Assembly: GCA_963663865.1 (NCBI GenBank)
Contig: OY760686.1
Location: forward strand, 2,784,001 to 2,848,000
Direction: 5' to 3'
Length of the DNA: 64,000 nt
Source of the DNA: Spirochaetota bacterium
GTDB taxonomy: Bacteria; Spirochaetota; UBA4802; UBA5550
Under the pieces are notes generated by a model. That model saw only the letters and a program-made list of their open reading frames with translations, had not been told where the DNA came from and searched no databases. Numbering within the stretch: the stretch's first letter is position 1; each line of letters opens with the position of its first letter. The translations under genes were made by a program, and so were the position numbers. Positions 31,530 to 41,641 of the stretch are shown in pieces.

Positions 31530-31811
31530 TTAGTTGTCTCTTGTGGAATAAATCTCGTCTTTTATCGGGAGCTCTTTTCTCAGGTTTTTTATATAAGGGA
31601 AAAGTTCACCGCAGGAGACATAGTATTCGCAGTCGTCCATTATCCTTCTCGCGACAGTGAAATATTTATAAAGTTTCTCCTCACCGGACCTCTTCACCCA
31701 CTTTTTTTTCAGGCATTTTACACGAAGAACATACCTGTCGGGCTCAGATTCGTACTGCCTGATAACAATGCAATGCTGGCAGTTTGAGCAGAAAATTTTT
31801 TCTTTAGACAT
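31530..31811 (-). CDS. Small Cys-rich hypothetical protein heading the rnf operon
   Basis: CSNCQHC plus further Cys; stop 3 bp before rnfC start; AAGGAG RBS. Confidence 0.7.
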   Translation of the reverse strand: MSKEKIFCSNCQHCIVIRQYESEPDRYVLRVKCLKKKWVKRSGEEKLYKYFTVARRIMDDCEYYVSCGELFPYIKNLRKELPIKDEIYSTRDN

Positions 31812-32062
31812 ATTTGTCTCCTTAATCAACTTAGTGAAAATATATATTTTTTTGAAGAAATCCGCCGAAAGGCCCCTGAAAATCAGGGCATAATTGAGTC
31901 ACTGAATTCTCCATTGAGTCGCAGGGCGGCGAACAGTCAAGAATTTTTTCTTATTAATGAAAACGGGGTATGTGACAGAATCAAGCAGTCTGAAGAGGCC
32001 CTTATAAGGCTTGAGGCCCGGTTAAACAGGCCTCAACAGTCGAACAATTATCATGCAGTTTA

Positions 32063-32416
32063 TCAGTTTACCTTCAATACGTCCCTGAAAGCCTCAACAA
32101 AGCCGCTCTTTGGCATTGCTCCTCTGGCCATTTGAGGCTGTCCTTCTTTTGGCACGAAAAGAAGACTTGGAATGCTGCTCACACCGAAAAGAGAAGCCAG
32201 CTCGGGCTGTTCTTCAGTATTTACCTTGTATATTTTCAATTTACCTTCATATTCTTTAGAGAGTTCGTCAAGAACAGGCGAAATCATCTTGCATGGGCCA
32301 CACCAGTCAGCATAAAAATCTATAAGACATGGCAGATCGCCTGAATAATTCCAGTCCTTATTCTCCTCGAAATTGAACACCTTTTCCTTAAATGTCTCTA
32401 CGTTTAGGTTCTCCAT
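32063..32416 (-). CDS. trxA: Thioredoxin
   Basis: DFYADWCGPC, SIP cis-Pro. Confidence 0.95.
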   Translation of the reverse strand: MENLNVETFKEKVFNFEENKDWNYSGDLPCLIDFYADWCGPCKMISPVLDELSKEYEGKLKIYKVNTEEQPELASLFGVSSIPSLLFVPKEGQPQMARGAMPKSGFVEAFRDVLKVN

Positions 32417-32588
32417 GGCACACTCCTGAGTAGTTTTAGTTGTTTAGAATATATTAAACTTCCATCTTCCCGTCAACCCTGTTTCGTTTTTTTTACAATT
32501 CACGTGCTCAGTATCTGTCACAATTATGCAAAAAACATCTAAAACACCGCCGTCCTGTACCGATAATAATGTATCAGGAGGTACCCAT

Positions 32589-32717
32589 ATGAATGCAAAC
32601 AGAATTGATTCACTTTTCAGCGAAGGCATGAGCCTGATGAACAGGGGAATGTACAAAGAAGCCGCGTCCTGCTTTGAGAAAGCCCGCGAACTGACACTCA
32701 AGATGAATGTAAGATGA
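32589..32717 (+). CDS. 42-aa single-TPR microprotein
   Basis: AGGAGG RBS; GMSLMNRGMYKEAASCFEKA TPR pattern. Confidence 0.6.
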   Translation: MNANRIDSLFSEGMSLMNRGMYKEAASCFEKARELTLKMNVR

Positions 32718-32806
32718 ATCCGGAGACAGGGCGGCCTTTGAACGCCGCCCGCACTCCTGCAAGCTCCAAATTTAACTAAAATAATTCGCTTCATCCCGGA
32801 AATAAA

Positions 32807-33331
32807 ATGCCTCATACAGGATATGTCCATCTCTACACAGGCGGCGGAAAGGGCAAGACGACCGCAGCGGTTGGACTTGCTTTCAGAGCGGCCGGCCACG
32901 GAATGAAAAGCCTGATAATTCAATTCATGAAAGGCCGGGAGACCGGTGAGGCAGTTTATGCCGAAAATTCCGGCGGAATAGTGTCGATTGAACAGTATGG
33001 AGAAAAAGCATTTATTGACCCTCGAGGCGCCAGCCCGCACCAAATCGATTTATTCATGGTTGGATATAAACGCGCCGAAAAGGTTCTGTCATCAGGGAAA
33101 TACGGGCTGATCGTACTTGATGAGTTAGCCTCGTGCCCTGCCGCGGGGCTTGCTTCTACTGAAGACATCATCAGGCTTATAAAAGGCAAAAGAGACAGAA
33201 CAGAACTCGTAATTACAGGAAGAAACGCCCCTGCGGAACTATACCCTTTCTGCGATCTGATTACTGAGATGAAGGAAGTAAAGCACTACTACAATACTGG
33301 AGTTAAATCAAGGGAGGGAATTGAATATTAG
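32807..33331 (+). CDS. cobO: Cob(I)alamin adenosyltransferase (CobO/BtuR)
   Basis: YTGGGKGKTTAA, QFMKG, LDEL, ITGR, KHYY..G..REGIEY. Confidence 0.92.
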   Translation: MPHTGYVHLYTGGGKGKTTAAVGLAFRAAGHGMKSLIIQFMKGRETGEAVYAENSGGIVSIEQYGEKAFIDPRGASPHQIDLFMVGYKRAEKVLSSGKYGLIVLDELASCPAAGLASTEDIIRLIKGKRDRTELVITGRNAPAELYPFCDLITEMKEVKHYYNTGVKSREGIEY

Positions 33332-33343
33332 TCCGACTCCGAT

Positions 33344-34501
33344 TTAAGCCCCGCTTTCCATCTTTTTGCAGTTCTTCCTGAGATCCGTCGGCTTTACCTT
33401 CATCATGCTGGTAAAGATACGGTTAAAGGTGCTTATGTTTTCAAAACCCACTGCAAAAGCTATATCTACAATTTTATTATCAGTATCAAGTATCAGCCTT
33501 GAGGCCTCCTCAATTCTCAGCCGATTGATGTACTCGTTCATCTTCTCGCCGGTATAAATCTGGAAATACCTTCCCAGATTGTCCTTATTCAACCCGACCA
33601 TTGTCGCAAGCCCTTCTCGCGATATGTTTCTTCTGAAGTTTTCATTTATGTAGTCAATAGCCTGCTTCAGCTTTTCTTCAGTAGATTCGGAAACGCCCCA
33701 CGACAGCTTGCGCGGATCCGGCACACCGTCTTCTTTCCTTGTCATCTTCATCACAAAGATGATTATAAGGAAGAGTCCGCTCACAAGAGCACCCGCTACG
33801 GCAAAGTTTATAAATGAATTCAGGCGGACAGATGAGAGATTAACAAATGCAGCTTCAAGCGATCCGATTTTAACGCCCCTGTACTCAAAATCCCGTTTAA
33901 GAAAAAAGAGTCCCTGCTCTCCGGATTTTTTGTCACGGGCAATATATTCCTTACCGTTTAAATCCTTAACCACGATTCTTTCAACAAAAGGGTCTCTGAA
34001 AAACGACTCAATACTGCGGGTCATAGCATAGCGGTCATAATCCCAAAAGCTGGCAAGATTGGCCTTATATATCTGATCAAAGAGAAGCTCTGCCCTCTCC
34101 CACCTTGAGTTGTCGGAGACTACAAGGATAAGCCGCCCATATTCCCTGTCATTGGACGCCTTGATGGACCTCTCAATCTGGACACTTCTGGAAAAAGACA
34201 TGTCGCCCGAATAATCAATTACAGTATCGCCAAGATTGTTGGTGACCTTAATCCGCGCTATGTCACGGTCACTGTAGAAGCTCTTCAGTGCTTCCGGTAT
34301 GCTGAGTGGATTGCTGACAAGCAGTCCGCTGACATTTGAAACGATCGTCTCGCCCACAGATTCGGCCTTCTTCTTGAGGAGCACATCGCCGCTGTTCTTC
34401 TCGTAGACGAGCACCATCCCGTATATAAAGAAAGCTATGAATATCAAACCTGTTAATGAAAGGACTATACCTGATTCGAAGTTTATTTTTCTGATATTCA
34501 A
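33344..34501 (-). CDS. Membrane-anchored AraC-family regulator (paralogue of 15350-16573)
   Basis: Two TMs, FWDYD sensor motif, AIDYIN..SREGLA..DNLGRYF..GFENISTFNR. Confidence 0.88.
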   Translation of the reverse strand: MNIRKINFESGIVLSLTGLIFIAFFIYGMVLVYEKNSGDVLLKKKAESVGETIVSNVSGLLVSNPLSIPEALKSFYSDRDIARIKVTNNLGDTVIDYSGDMSFSRSVQIERSIKASNDREYGRLILVVSDNSRWERAELLFDQIYKANLASFWDYDRYAMTRSIESFFRDPFVERIVVKDLNGKEYIARDKKSGEQGLFFLKRDFEYRGVKIGSLEAAFVNLSSVRLNSFINFAVAGALVSGLFLIIIFVMKMTRKEDGVPDPRKLSWGVSESTEEKLKQAIDYINENFRRNISREGLATMVGLNKDNLGRYFQIYTGEKMNEYINRLRIEEASRLILDTDNKIVDIAFAVGFENISTFNRIFTSMMKVKPTDLRKNCKKMESGA

Positions 34502-34521
34502 CTGAACACTCCTGTGCTTTT

Positions 34522-35694
34522 TTACTTTTGAATAAGTCTGTCAACACTGAAGGCGTATCTTCCCATTCGAGGGTTATGGATACGTGAAAACCGCCTGAAA
34601 TCATATATATGCTGATTTTCTTCAGAAAGCGCATGCTTGTAGTACAGGGCATTTGACTGATCGACTGCTTTCATTTTCTCAGAATGAAGAGAAACACCGT
34701 ATCGGGCGAAATCACTTCCATTCAGGTAATCATACAACATTACCAGAGCGTAGGCACCTTCCATATAATGCCCTCCAATAGAAAGCTCCATTTCACCGGA
34801 GAGGACGCGCTCAAATACGTTGCTCAACCAGTCCACTCCCCCGACAATTACATCGCGGCCAGGAACAAGGCCCATTTCCCTGGATTCGTCGATGACCCCA
34901 AAAGCGATATTGTCGCAGGCGCACCAGAAAACATTTGCCTCGGGATACCTTGTCTCCTTCACACTCCTGAACTTATCGCGCGATACATCATATTCGTAAC
35001 CGCCGGTTGAGAAAATCTGCTTAAGCTCAATTCCAGGCATCTCAGATACAGCTTTCTTCAGGCCCTTAATCCGCTCAACTGAACCGTAATCATGGAAGGT
35101 GCCTGCAAATGCCACCATTGATATCCTGTTTATTCCCTTAAGCCGTGCCCTTCTTACAAGCTCCTTCGCGAGGAGATAGCCGACATACTGATCGTCCGGA
35201 ACAATCTCCCCCACCCAGTACTTATACCTCTCGCGGGGTGCTCCGGCTTTTTCCTCTGAATCGGGAACAGTCGAGTTATACGTGACCATCGGTATCCTCA
35301 ATTCCTCAGCGATCTTAAGGATGTTAAGAGTCGCGGCGCCGCCCCCGGCACACAGAAAGCCGTCGGGGCTGTACCTGTCGCTGAATTCTCTTAAAAAAGA
35401 TCTCAGCTCTGAATATATGAGAGGGGTAGAAACAATCTTTATTTCCACATCAAGGTTCGAGCCGGCTTTTTGAATGAGTCTGTTTACCTTCGAAAAGAAA
35501 GGATTATAGAGCTCTTCCTTCTCTACATTGCTCCAGAAGTCCTCACACAGAACAGCGACCTTCAGCTTTCTCCTTGTATTACCGGGCTCGGGGTCAGCAT
35601 TTAACGGGCAGAGTTTAAGAAACGACGTCACTGGAAATAACATCAACATTATCAATACACTAACACCGATAAAGATTTTTCTTTTAGTCAACAA
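34522..35694 (-). CDS. Periplasmic binding protein (paralogue of 14083-15261)
   Basis: PDDQYVGYLLA, GGVDW, GGHYMEGAYALVMLYDY; N-terminal signal. Confidence 0.82.
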   Translation of the reverse strand: MLTKRKIFIGVSVLIMLMLFPVTSFLKLCPLNADPEPGNTRRKLKVAVLCEDFWSNVEKEELYNPFFSKVNRLIQKAGSNLDVEIKIVSTPLIYSELRSFLREFSDRYSPDGFLCAGGGAATLNILKIAEELRIPMVTYNSTVPDSEEKAGAPRERYKYWVGEIVPDDQYVGYLLAKELVRRARLKGINRISMVAFAGTFHDYGSVERIKGLKKAVSEMPGIELKQIFSTGGYEYDVSRDKFRSVKETRYPEANVFWCACDNIAFGVIDESREMGLVPGRDVIVGGVDWLSNVFERVLSGEMELSIGGHYMEGAYALVMLYDYLNGSDFARYGVSLHSEKMKAVDQSNALYYKHALSEENQHIYDFRRFSRIHNPRMGRYAFSVDRLIQK

Positions 35695-36255
35695 TCCAGT
35701 ACCTACAGGGCTTATTTTTTGATAATCACACAGGCATCAGGCAATCACAATCAGATTCTCGTAGCAAGAGTTTTATCGTACCGGCCAACACAAATCCTTT
35801 CTTGATTTTTGATATCAATTTTCGGTTATACCATATTATCAATCGGGATTTATGGACAACACTATAGAACATCTGCGGGTAAACAAATATGTTCAATCAT
35901 TAAGACAGGAACAACAAGTAATAGACATACTCTTCTTAAAACTGATGACCAGGCCGGCAAACATCTCCTGCTGCGTTTCACCGTCCTGTAATAACAGAGA
36001 TCACCAGCTCCAATCTTTAAGGTTCGCATTTCCAACCAGTCCGTTCTCATCAGATAATAATAATTCTCAATAATTGATATACCAAGTCATCATTAGAAAA
36101 ACATTAATATATGTGCAAATATATTTAAAATTTAGTACTAATCAATAAACATAAATATTTTTTTGTTCAGTGGCTTGCCCACTCCCACTCTGCGCTGTAT
36201 CGGGACAGCGGAAACATGCTTTCCCGGCACGATATAATTTTAGGAGGACGTACAA

Positions 36256-38157
36256 GTGAAAAAGTTTTTCTCAATGTGCTCGTGGGCATTAATGCTCACA
36301 TTTTTTATGGCATTCGGATTTAGCGGATGCGGCGATGACGGCGACGATGAAGACGAAGTCACCGTTCAGTACACATTAACCATCAATACACCTACCGGCG
36401 GTACTATCACCGCTTCTCCCGCCTCAGCGGACAGCAAGTACGACGAGGGCACAGTCGTAACTCTTACAGCCGCACCTACTGACTCGGCAGCGATGATGTT
36501 CGAGGCATGGTCCGGGGATGCTTCCGGAACCACAAGCCCCACAACTATCACTATGAATGCCGACAAAACTGTCAGCTGTACATTCACTGAAGTACCGGAC
36601 GAGACCTACACTCTCACAGTCACTGCGCCGACAAACGGAACTATTACCCTTGATCCGGCAACTGGGCCGTATGCAGCGGGCGCTGAGGTTACAGTAACGG
36701 CTGCCGCCTCAAACGGCTATATGTTCACCGGATGGACAGGAAAGCTTTCCGGCTCAACTAATCCATCAGCAATTACTATGAATGAAGACAAAACCATAGG
36801 AGCAACATTCGCAGACGCGAATACCGGAACTTATAAGCTGGTGGTTGAAGGCTTTGACTGGGGACCTGCTGTTACAAAGGTCATCCTGACTCTTGAAGAA
36901 GCAGTCACTGCTGCTGAAGTTGGCGCTGATGATTTCACAGTTTCAGTTAGCATGAGCAGCTGGGGCACCCCTACAGTTGCCGAGCGTGACGTAACTGACG
37001 CTTATACTTCTGATGCAAGTGGTACTGAGGTCACAACAGACAGCAAATATGTTACTATTGAGATGCCTGTAAGCCCAAGCCTGTCAGCGGGATCTCCATT
37101 TACCTATGACTTCTCAAGCGGAAGAAACAATTGGGCAGATCCTTACGATTATGAGATAGTATCATCTTCTCTCACAATAATGGCCAGCGAGTTTACAGGA
37201 AGGATTTCACCTGTTGCCGACCTTTTCGCCATGGACACTCACGTCTATACTGACGCCACACACGGCGAGATCACCCTGCACTACGCTACGTTTAATCCGG
37301 CTTCAGACGCCGGAACAAATCCTCTTGTTATATGGCTGCATGGCGCCGGAGAAGGAGGTACCGATCCATACATCTCACTGCTTGGCAATAAGGTCACCAA
37401 TCTTGCATCAACAGAGATTCAGACTATTTTTGGAGGGGCTTACATACTTGTTCCGCAGGCTCCAACCATGTGGATGGATAACGGAGCCGGGGCTTATACA
37501 ACTGACGGAACTTCCATGTTCTCAAACGCGCTCATGGACCTCATTACAACCTATGTCAGCGGGAATGCCGACATTGACCCCAACAGGGTTTACATAGGCG
37601 GCTGCTCAAACGGTGGATTCATGACGATGAGAATGATCATCGACAATCCAACATACTTTGCTGCTGCATACCCGATCTGTGAAGCGTTAGCTGATGAGAA
37701 CATTACTGTAGACAATATTAACGCGATAAAGGATCTTCCCATCTGGTTCACTCATTCAGAAAACGACTCAACAGTAAAAATAACATACTGCAATAGTTCT
37801 GACTACACGAATAATACTACAACTTGGCAGGACGCAGATGGGCAAACACTGGCTGATCAGTCACAAAGAGTACATATTGACGACTACACACGCGCGGCCT
37901 ACAAACGCCTTATAGCGGCTGGCGCGACCAATGTTCACTGGTCATATTTCGGCTATGTCACTGACACCAGCGGAAAGTATTTCCAGGCAGATGGAACTAC
38001 CCCCTACAATTATATGGGGCACTGGTCATGGATCTACACACTCAATAATGAGTGCACTGAGTGGTACACATATCCTGATAAGAACGCAGCCGACGCTACA
38101 GCATTTGTAGATTCAGGAACAACGATTATGGAGTGGCTCGCAGAACAAACCAAGTAA
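36256..38157 (+). CDS. Lipoprotein: two InlB-B-like repeats + Ig-like domain + alpha/beta-hydrolase (esterase/peptidase), copy 1
   Basis: FSGC lipobox; FEAWSGD/FTGWTG repeats; WLHGAGEG, GCSNGG nucleophile, NDSTV, GHWSW. Confidence 0.85.
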   Translation: MKKFFSMCSWALMLTFFMAFGFSGCGDDGDDEDEVTVQYTLTINTPTGGTITASPASADSKYDEGTVVTLTAAPTDSAAMMFEAWSGDASGTTSPTTITMNADKTVSCTFTEVPDETYTLTVTAPTNGTITLDPATGPYAAGAEVTVTAAASNGYMFTGWTGKLSGSTNPSAITMNEDKTIGATFADANTGTYKLVVEGFDWGPAVTKVILTLEEAVTAAEVGADDFTVSVSMSSWGTPTVAERDVTDAYTSDASGTEVTTDSKYVTIEMPVSPSLSAGSPFTYDFSSGRNNWADPYDYEIVSSSLTIMASEFTGRISPVADLFAMDTHVYTDATHGEITLHYATFNPASDAGTNPLVIWLHGAGEGGTDPYISLLGNKVTNLASTEIQTIFGGAYILVPQAPTMWMDNGAGAYTTDGTSMFSNALMDLITTYVSGNADIDPNRVYIGGCSNGGFMTMRMIIDNPTYFAAAYPICEALADENITVDNINAIKDLPIWFTHSENDSTVKITYCNSSDYTNNTTTWQDADGQTLADQSQRVHIDDYTRAAYKRLIAAGATNVHWSYFGYVTDTSGKYFQADGTTPYNYMGHWSWIYTLNNECTEWYTYPDKNAADATAFVDSGTTIMEWLAEQTK

Positions 38158-38161
38158 AATA

Positions 38162-38198
38162 ACTATGGAGGGGGCTGTTTTAAGGCCTCCTCCATAGT
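38162..38198 (+). terminator. Hairpin after esterase copy 1
   Basis: ACTATGGAGG..CCTCCATAGT. Confidence 0.6.
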
Positions 38199-38451
38199 CA
38201 CTTCTGATAATTTGAATTCACTCAATTTTCTCATCAATTATTATCAACTTCTTATTTTCCTGTTATCAATTATTCATAAGACTAATTAGAATGATTCTGT
38301 TATCATTGTTTTAATTCTAACATTTTATCAGTTTTTTTCTGAGCCAGTATTCTTACACTATTGGGTATTAACAACAGCGATCTCGGTTTCCCTTTGTCCT
38401 TTACCTTGCACATTAGATTTTATCTAATATATTTTTTAGGAGGACGTTCAC

Positions 38452-40350
38452 ATGAAAAGACCGTTTTCTCTCTTGGCCTGGGCTTTGCTCGTAATCAGCC
38501 CTCTCTTCTTCGCTGCCGGATGCGGCGATGACGGCGACGATGACGACGAAGTCACCGTTCAGTACACATTAACCATCAATACACCTACCGGCGGTACTAT
38601 CACCGCTTCTCCCGCCTCAGCGGACGGCAAGTACGACGAGGGCACAGTCGTAACTCTTACAGCCGCACCTACTGACTCGGCAGCGATGATGTTCGAGGCA
38701 TGGTCCGGGGATGCTTCCGGAACCACAAGCCCTACGACGATCACTATGAACGCTGACAAAACTGTCGGATGTACATTCACTGAGGTCCCGGATGAGACTT
38801 ACACTCTCACGGTAACAACACCTACAAACGGTACTATTACCCTTGACCCGGCAACAGGACCATACGCCGCGGGTACCGAGGTTACAGTAACTGCTGCCGC
38901 CTCAAACGGCTATATGTTCACCGGATGGACAGGAGATCTTTCCGGCTCAACTAATCCATCAGCAATTACTATGAATGAAGACAAAACCATAGGAGCAACA
39001 TTCGTGGACGCTAATACCGGAACTTATAAGCTGGTAGTTGAAGGCTTCGACTGGGGACCTGCTGTTACAAAAGTCATACTGACTCTTGAAGAAGCAGTCA
39101 CTGCTGCCGAAGTTGGCGCTGACGATTTCACAGTTTCAGTTAGCATGAGCAGCTGGGGCACCCCTACAGTTGCAGAGCGTGATGTAACTGACGCCTATAC
39201 TTCTGATGCAAATGGTAATGAGGTTACAACAAATAGCCAATATGTTACTATTGAGATGCCTGTACACCCGAGCCTGTCAGCGGGATCTCCATTTAGCTAT
39301 GACTTCGCAAGCGGAAGAAACAGCTGGGCAGATCCTTACGATTATGAGATAGTATCATCATCTCTCACAATAATGGCCAGCGAGTTTACAGGAAGGATTT
39401 CACCTGTTGCCGATCTTTTTGCCATGGACACTCACGTCTATACTGACACTACACACGGCGAGATCACTCTGCACTATGCAACGTTTGATCCGGCTTCAGA
39501 CGCTGGAACCAATCCTCTTGTAATATGGCTGCACGGTGCCGGAGAAGGAGGTACAGATCCGTACATCACACTGCTTGGCAACAAAGTAGTTAATCTTGCC
39601 TCAACAGAGATTCAGACTATTTTTGGCGGCGCTTACATACTTGCTCCGCAGGCTCCAACCATGTGGATGGACAATGGAACCGGAGCTTACTCAACTGACG
39701 GTACTTCCATGTTCTCAAATGCGCTAATGGACCTCATTACAACCTATGTAAGCGGGAATGCCGACATTGACCCCAACAGGGTTTACATAGGCGGCTGCTC
39801 AAACGGTGGATTCATGACAATGAGAATGATCATCGACAATCCAACATACTTTGCTGCCGCATACCCAATCTGTGAAGCGTTGGCAGACGAGAACATTACC
39901 GCCGACAATATTAACGCGATAAAGGACCTTCCTATCTGGTTTACGCATTCTGAAAACGACTCCACAGTGGGCATAACGCAGTGTTCTCTAACTGACTATA
40001 CAACATGGGGAGTAACCTGGAACGACGCTGACGGAAACGCTCTGGCTGACCAGACTCAGAGGGTACACATTGAAGACTACACACGAGCGGCTTACAGGCG
40101 TCTTATAGCGGCTGGCGCTACCGATGTTCACTGGTCATATTTCGGCTATGTTACCGATACCAGCGGAGAGGTTTTCCAGGCAAACGGAACTACCCCTTAC
40201 AACTACATGGGGCACTGGTCATGGCTCTACACTCTCAACAATGAGTGCACTCAGTGGTACACAGATCCTGACAAAAACGCAGCCGACGCTACAGCGTTTG
40301 TAGATTCAGGGACAACGATTATGGAGTGGTTGGCAAGTAAGTCGAAGTAA
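38452..40350 (+). CDS. Lipoprotein esterase/peptidase, tandem copy 2
   Basis: Near-identical to copy 1 from the lipobox onward; same catalytic motifs. Confidence 0.85.
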   Translation: MKRPFSLLAWALLVISPLFFAAGCGDDGDDDDEVTVQYTLTINTPTGGTITASPASADGKYDEGTVVTLTAAPTDSAAMMFEAWSGDASGTTSPTTITMNADKTVGCTFTEVPDETYTLTVTTPTNGTITLDPATGPYAAGTEVTVTAAASNGYMFTGWTGDLSGSTNPSAITMNEDKTIGATFVDANTGTYKLVVEGFDWGPAVTKVILTLEEAVTAAEVGADDFTVSVSMSSWGTPTVAERDVTDAYTSDANGNEVTTNSQYVTIEMPVHPSLSAGSPFSYDFASGRNSWADPYDYEIVSSSLTIMASEFTGRISPVADLFAMDTHVYTDTTHGEITLHYATFDPASDAGTNPLVIWLHGAGEGGTDPYITLLGNKVVNLASTEIQTIFGGAYILAPQAPTMWMDNGTGAYSTDGTSMFSNALMDLITTYVSGNADIDPNRVYIGGCSNGGFMTMRMIIDNPTYFAAAYPICEALADENITADNINAIKDLPIWFTHSENDSTVGITQCSLTDYTTWGVTWNDADGNALADQTQRVHIEDYTRAAYRRLIAAGATDVHWSYFGYVTDTSGEVFQANGTTPYNYMGHWSWLYTLNNECTQWYTDPDKNAADATAFVDSGTTIMEWLASKSK

Positions 40351-40361
40351 ATATGTTTGTG

Positions 40362-40398
40362 AAGGGGGTGTCTTAAAAGGCAGCCCCTTTTGTTTTTT
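40362..40398 (+). terminator. Intrinsic terminator after esterase copy 2
   Basis: AAGGGG..CCCCTT followed by T-rich tract. Confidence 0.55.
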
Positions 40399-40426
40399 AT
40401 ATTTGAAATTTATTGAGGTTATAGCT

Positions 40427-41641
40427 TTGGGGAAAAGGTTAATAATTGTTGCAGTTTCTGTGATTGGTTTAATTATTTCTTTAATGCTTTTATTGTGGCA
40501 TTACAACCCGCAAATAAACATTGAAGGTTTTTCTTGCGGTTCAAATAGTGGTTGTGGTAAGCTTGTTTCTTCAAATTACTCAACGTTTCTTAATATTCCT
40601 TTACCTTTTTTTGGTATATATTTATATATTTTTACTCTTTATACATCGATTATTCAGTTAGTAATAAACTATAACGAAGAGATGAATAGATTGCTTGATC
40701 TAGTCTTCCTCTATGTATACATGTTTGTTTTATTTGCCGATTTAGTTCTATTCAGTAAAATGATACAAAATGATGCGTATTGTTTATTTTGTTTAGGTAC
40801 GTACGTAGTTAATTTGATATTATTTATTATCTACTTGATAATGGTAATAATGTTTTCTTCCTGCAAAATACGGTTTCTTTTCAAACAATTCGGTATTTTT
40901 AAGAATAAAGATGTTAGGGCAATTAGCATTATTTATTTGGTTTCAATATTTTTAATGATTCCAGCTGTTGATTCAATTAATATTTACATTAGAAGCCATG
41001 CAGCTAGAAAACGTTCGACACATGTTTTAAATAATAACATTTCAGATCTTGCAAAAAAGACAACTCTTGATACTTCATTTTTGCAAGATTCACTTATTTC
41101 TATCGGATCTAAAAAACCCGTCGTAACGATATGGCTTTTTTCAGATTTCTTATGTTCACATTGCTTGGGATGGCATGATATTGAAAACAGAATATTGGAG
41201 GAGTATAAGGATCGTGTCGCTATTAAATACTATTTGTACCCAATGGACAGCCGCTGTAACAAATATGTCACCAGAACGATCAACCAATATTCGTGTGAAG
41301 TCAATAGTGCTATGATTCTTGCCGCTCAAACTGGTCTGTATGATAAATTGATTAAAAAATATTTTAAAATTGTAAATCGGGGCGGAGGAAGGTTTTCTGA
41401 GAAGGATTTGGAACTCGTCGATGATTTTTTTAAAAATAACGGGATCAAGCCTGATTACAGAAATAATGCAGACATCAGAGATTATTTGATGAAGAATATT
41501 GAATACGCCACTAGACTTGCGATTTTTACCACACCAACCATAATCATCAACAATCATCCTGTTAGGGGATTATTCGAATATGATGTCTATAAAAGGATTA
41601 TTGATTCAGAAATTCAGAAGCAAAAGAATAAGTATAGATAG
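40427..41641 (+). CDS. VKOR-DsbA(thioredoxin-fold) fusion, disulfide-bond formation protein
   Basis: CGSNSGC..SS.YS loop, YCLFC, SDFLCSHC, TPT cis-Pro; AT-rich; likely TTG start at 40427. Confidence 0.88.
   Translation: MGKRLIIVAVSVIGLIISLMLLLWHYNPQINIEGFSCGSNSGCGKLVSSNYSTFLNIPLPFFGIYLYIFTLYTSIIQLVINYNEEMNRLLDLVFLYVYMFVLFADLVLFSKMIQNDAYCLFCLGTYVVNLILFIIYLIMVIMFSSCKIRFLFKQFGIFKNKDVRAISIIYLVSIFLMIPAVDSINIYIRSHAARKRSTHVLNNNISDLAKKTTLDTSFLQDSLISIGSKKPVVTIWLFSDFLCSHCLGWHDIENRILEEYKDRVAIKYYLYPMDSRCNKYVTRTINQYSCEVNSAMILAAQTGLYDKLIKKYFKIVNRGGGRFSEKDLELVDDFFKNNGIKPDYRNNADIRDYLMKNIEYATRLAIFTTPTIIINNHPVRGLFEYDVYKRIIDSEIQKQKNKYR

Noticed and set aside
32717-32806. Cobalamin riboswitch upstream of cobO
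   Set aside because: Region is too short and no B12-box is seen
35942-36053. CTGATGA motifs on both strands suggesting a hammerhead ribozyme
   Set aside because: Neither is followed by a properly closed stem II and GAAA core (CAAA on one strand, no closing pair on the other)
35809-36073. Short ORFs (60-73 aa) in the divergent intergenic region
   Set aside because: No RBS, overlapping on both strands, no recognisable motifs; more likely regulatory DNA
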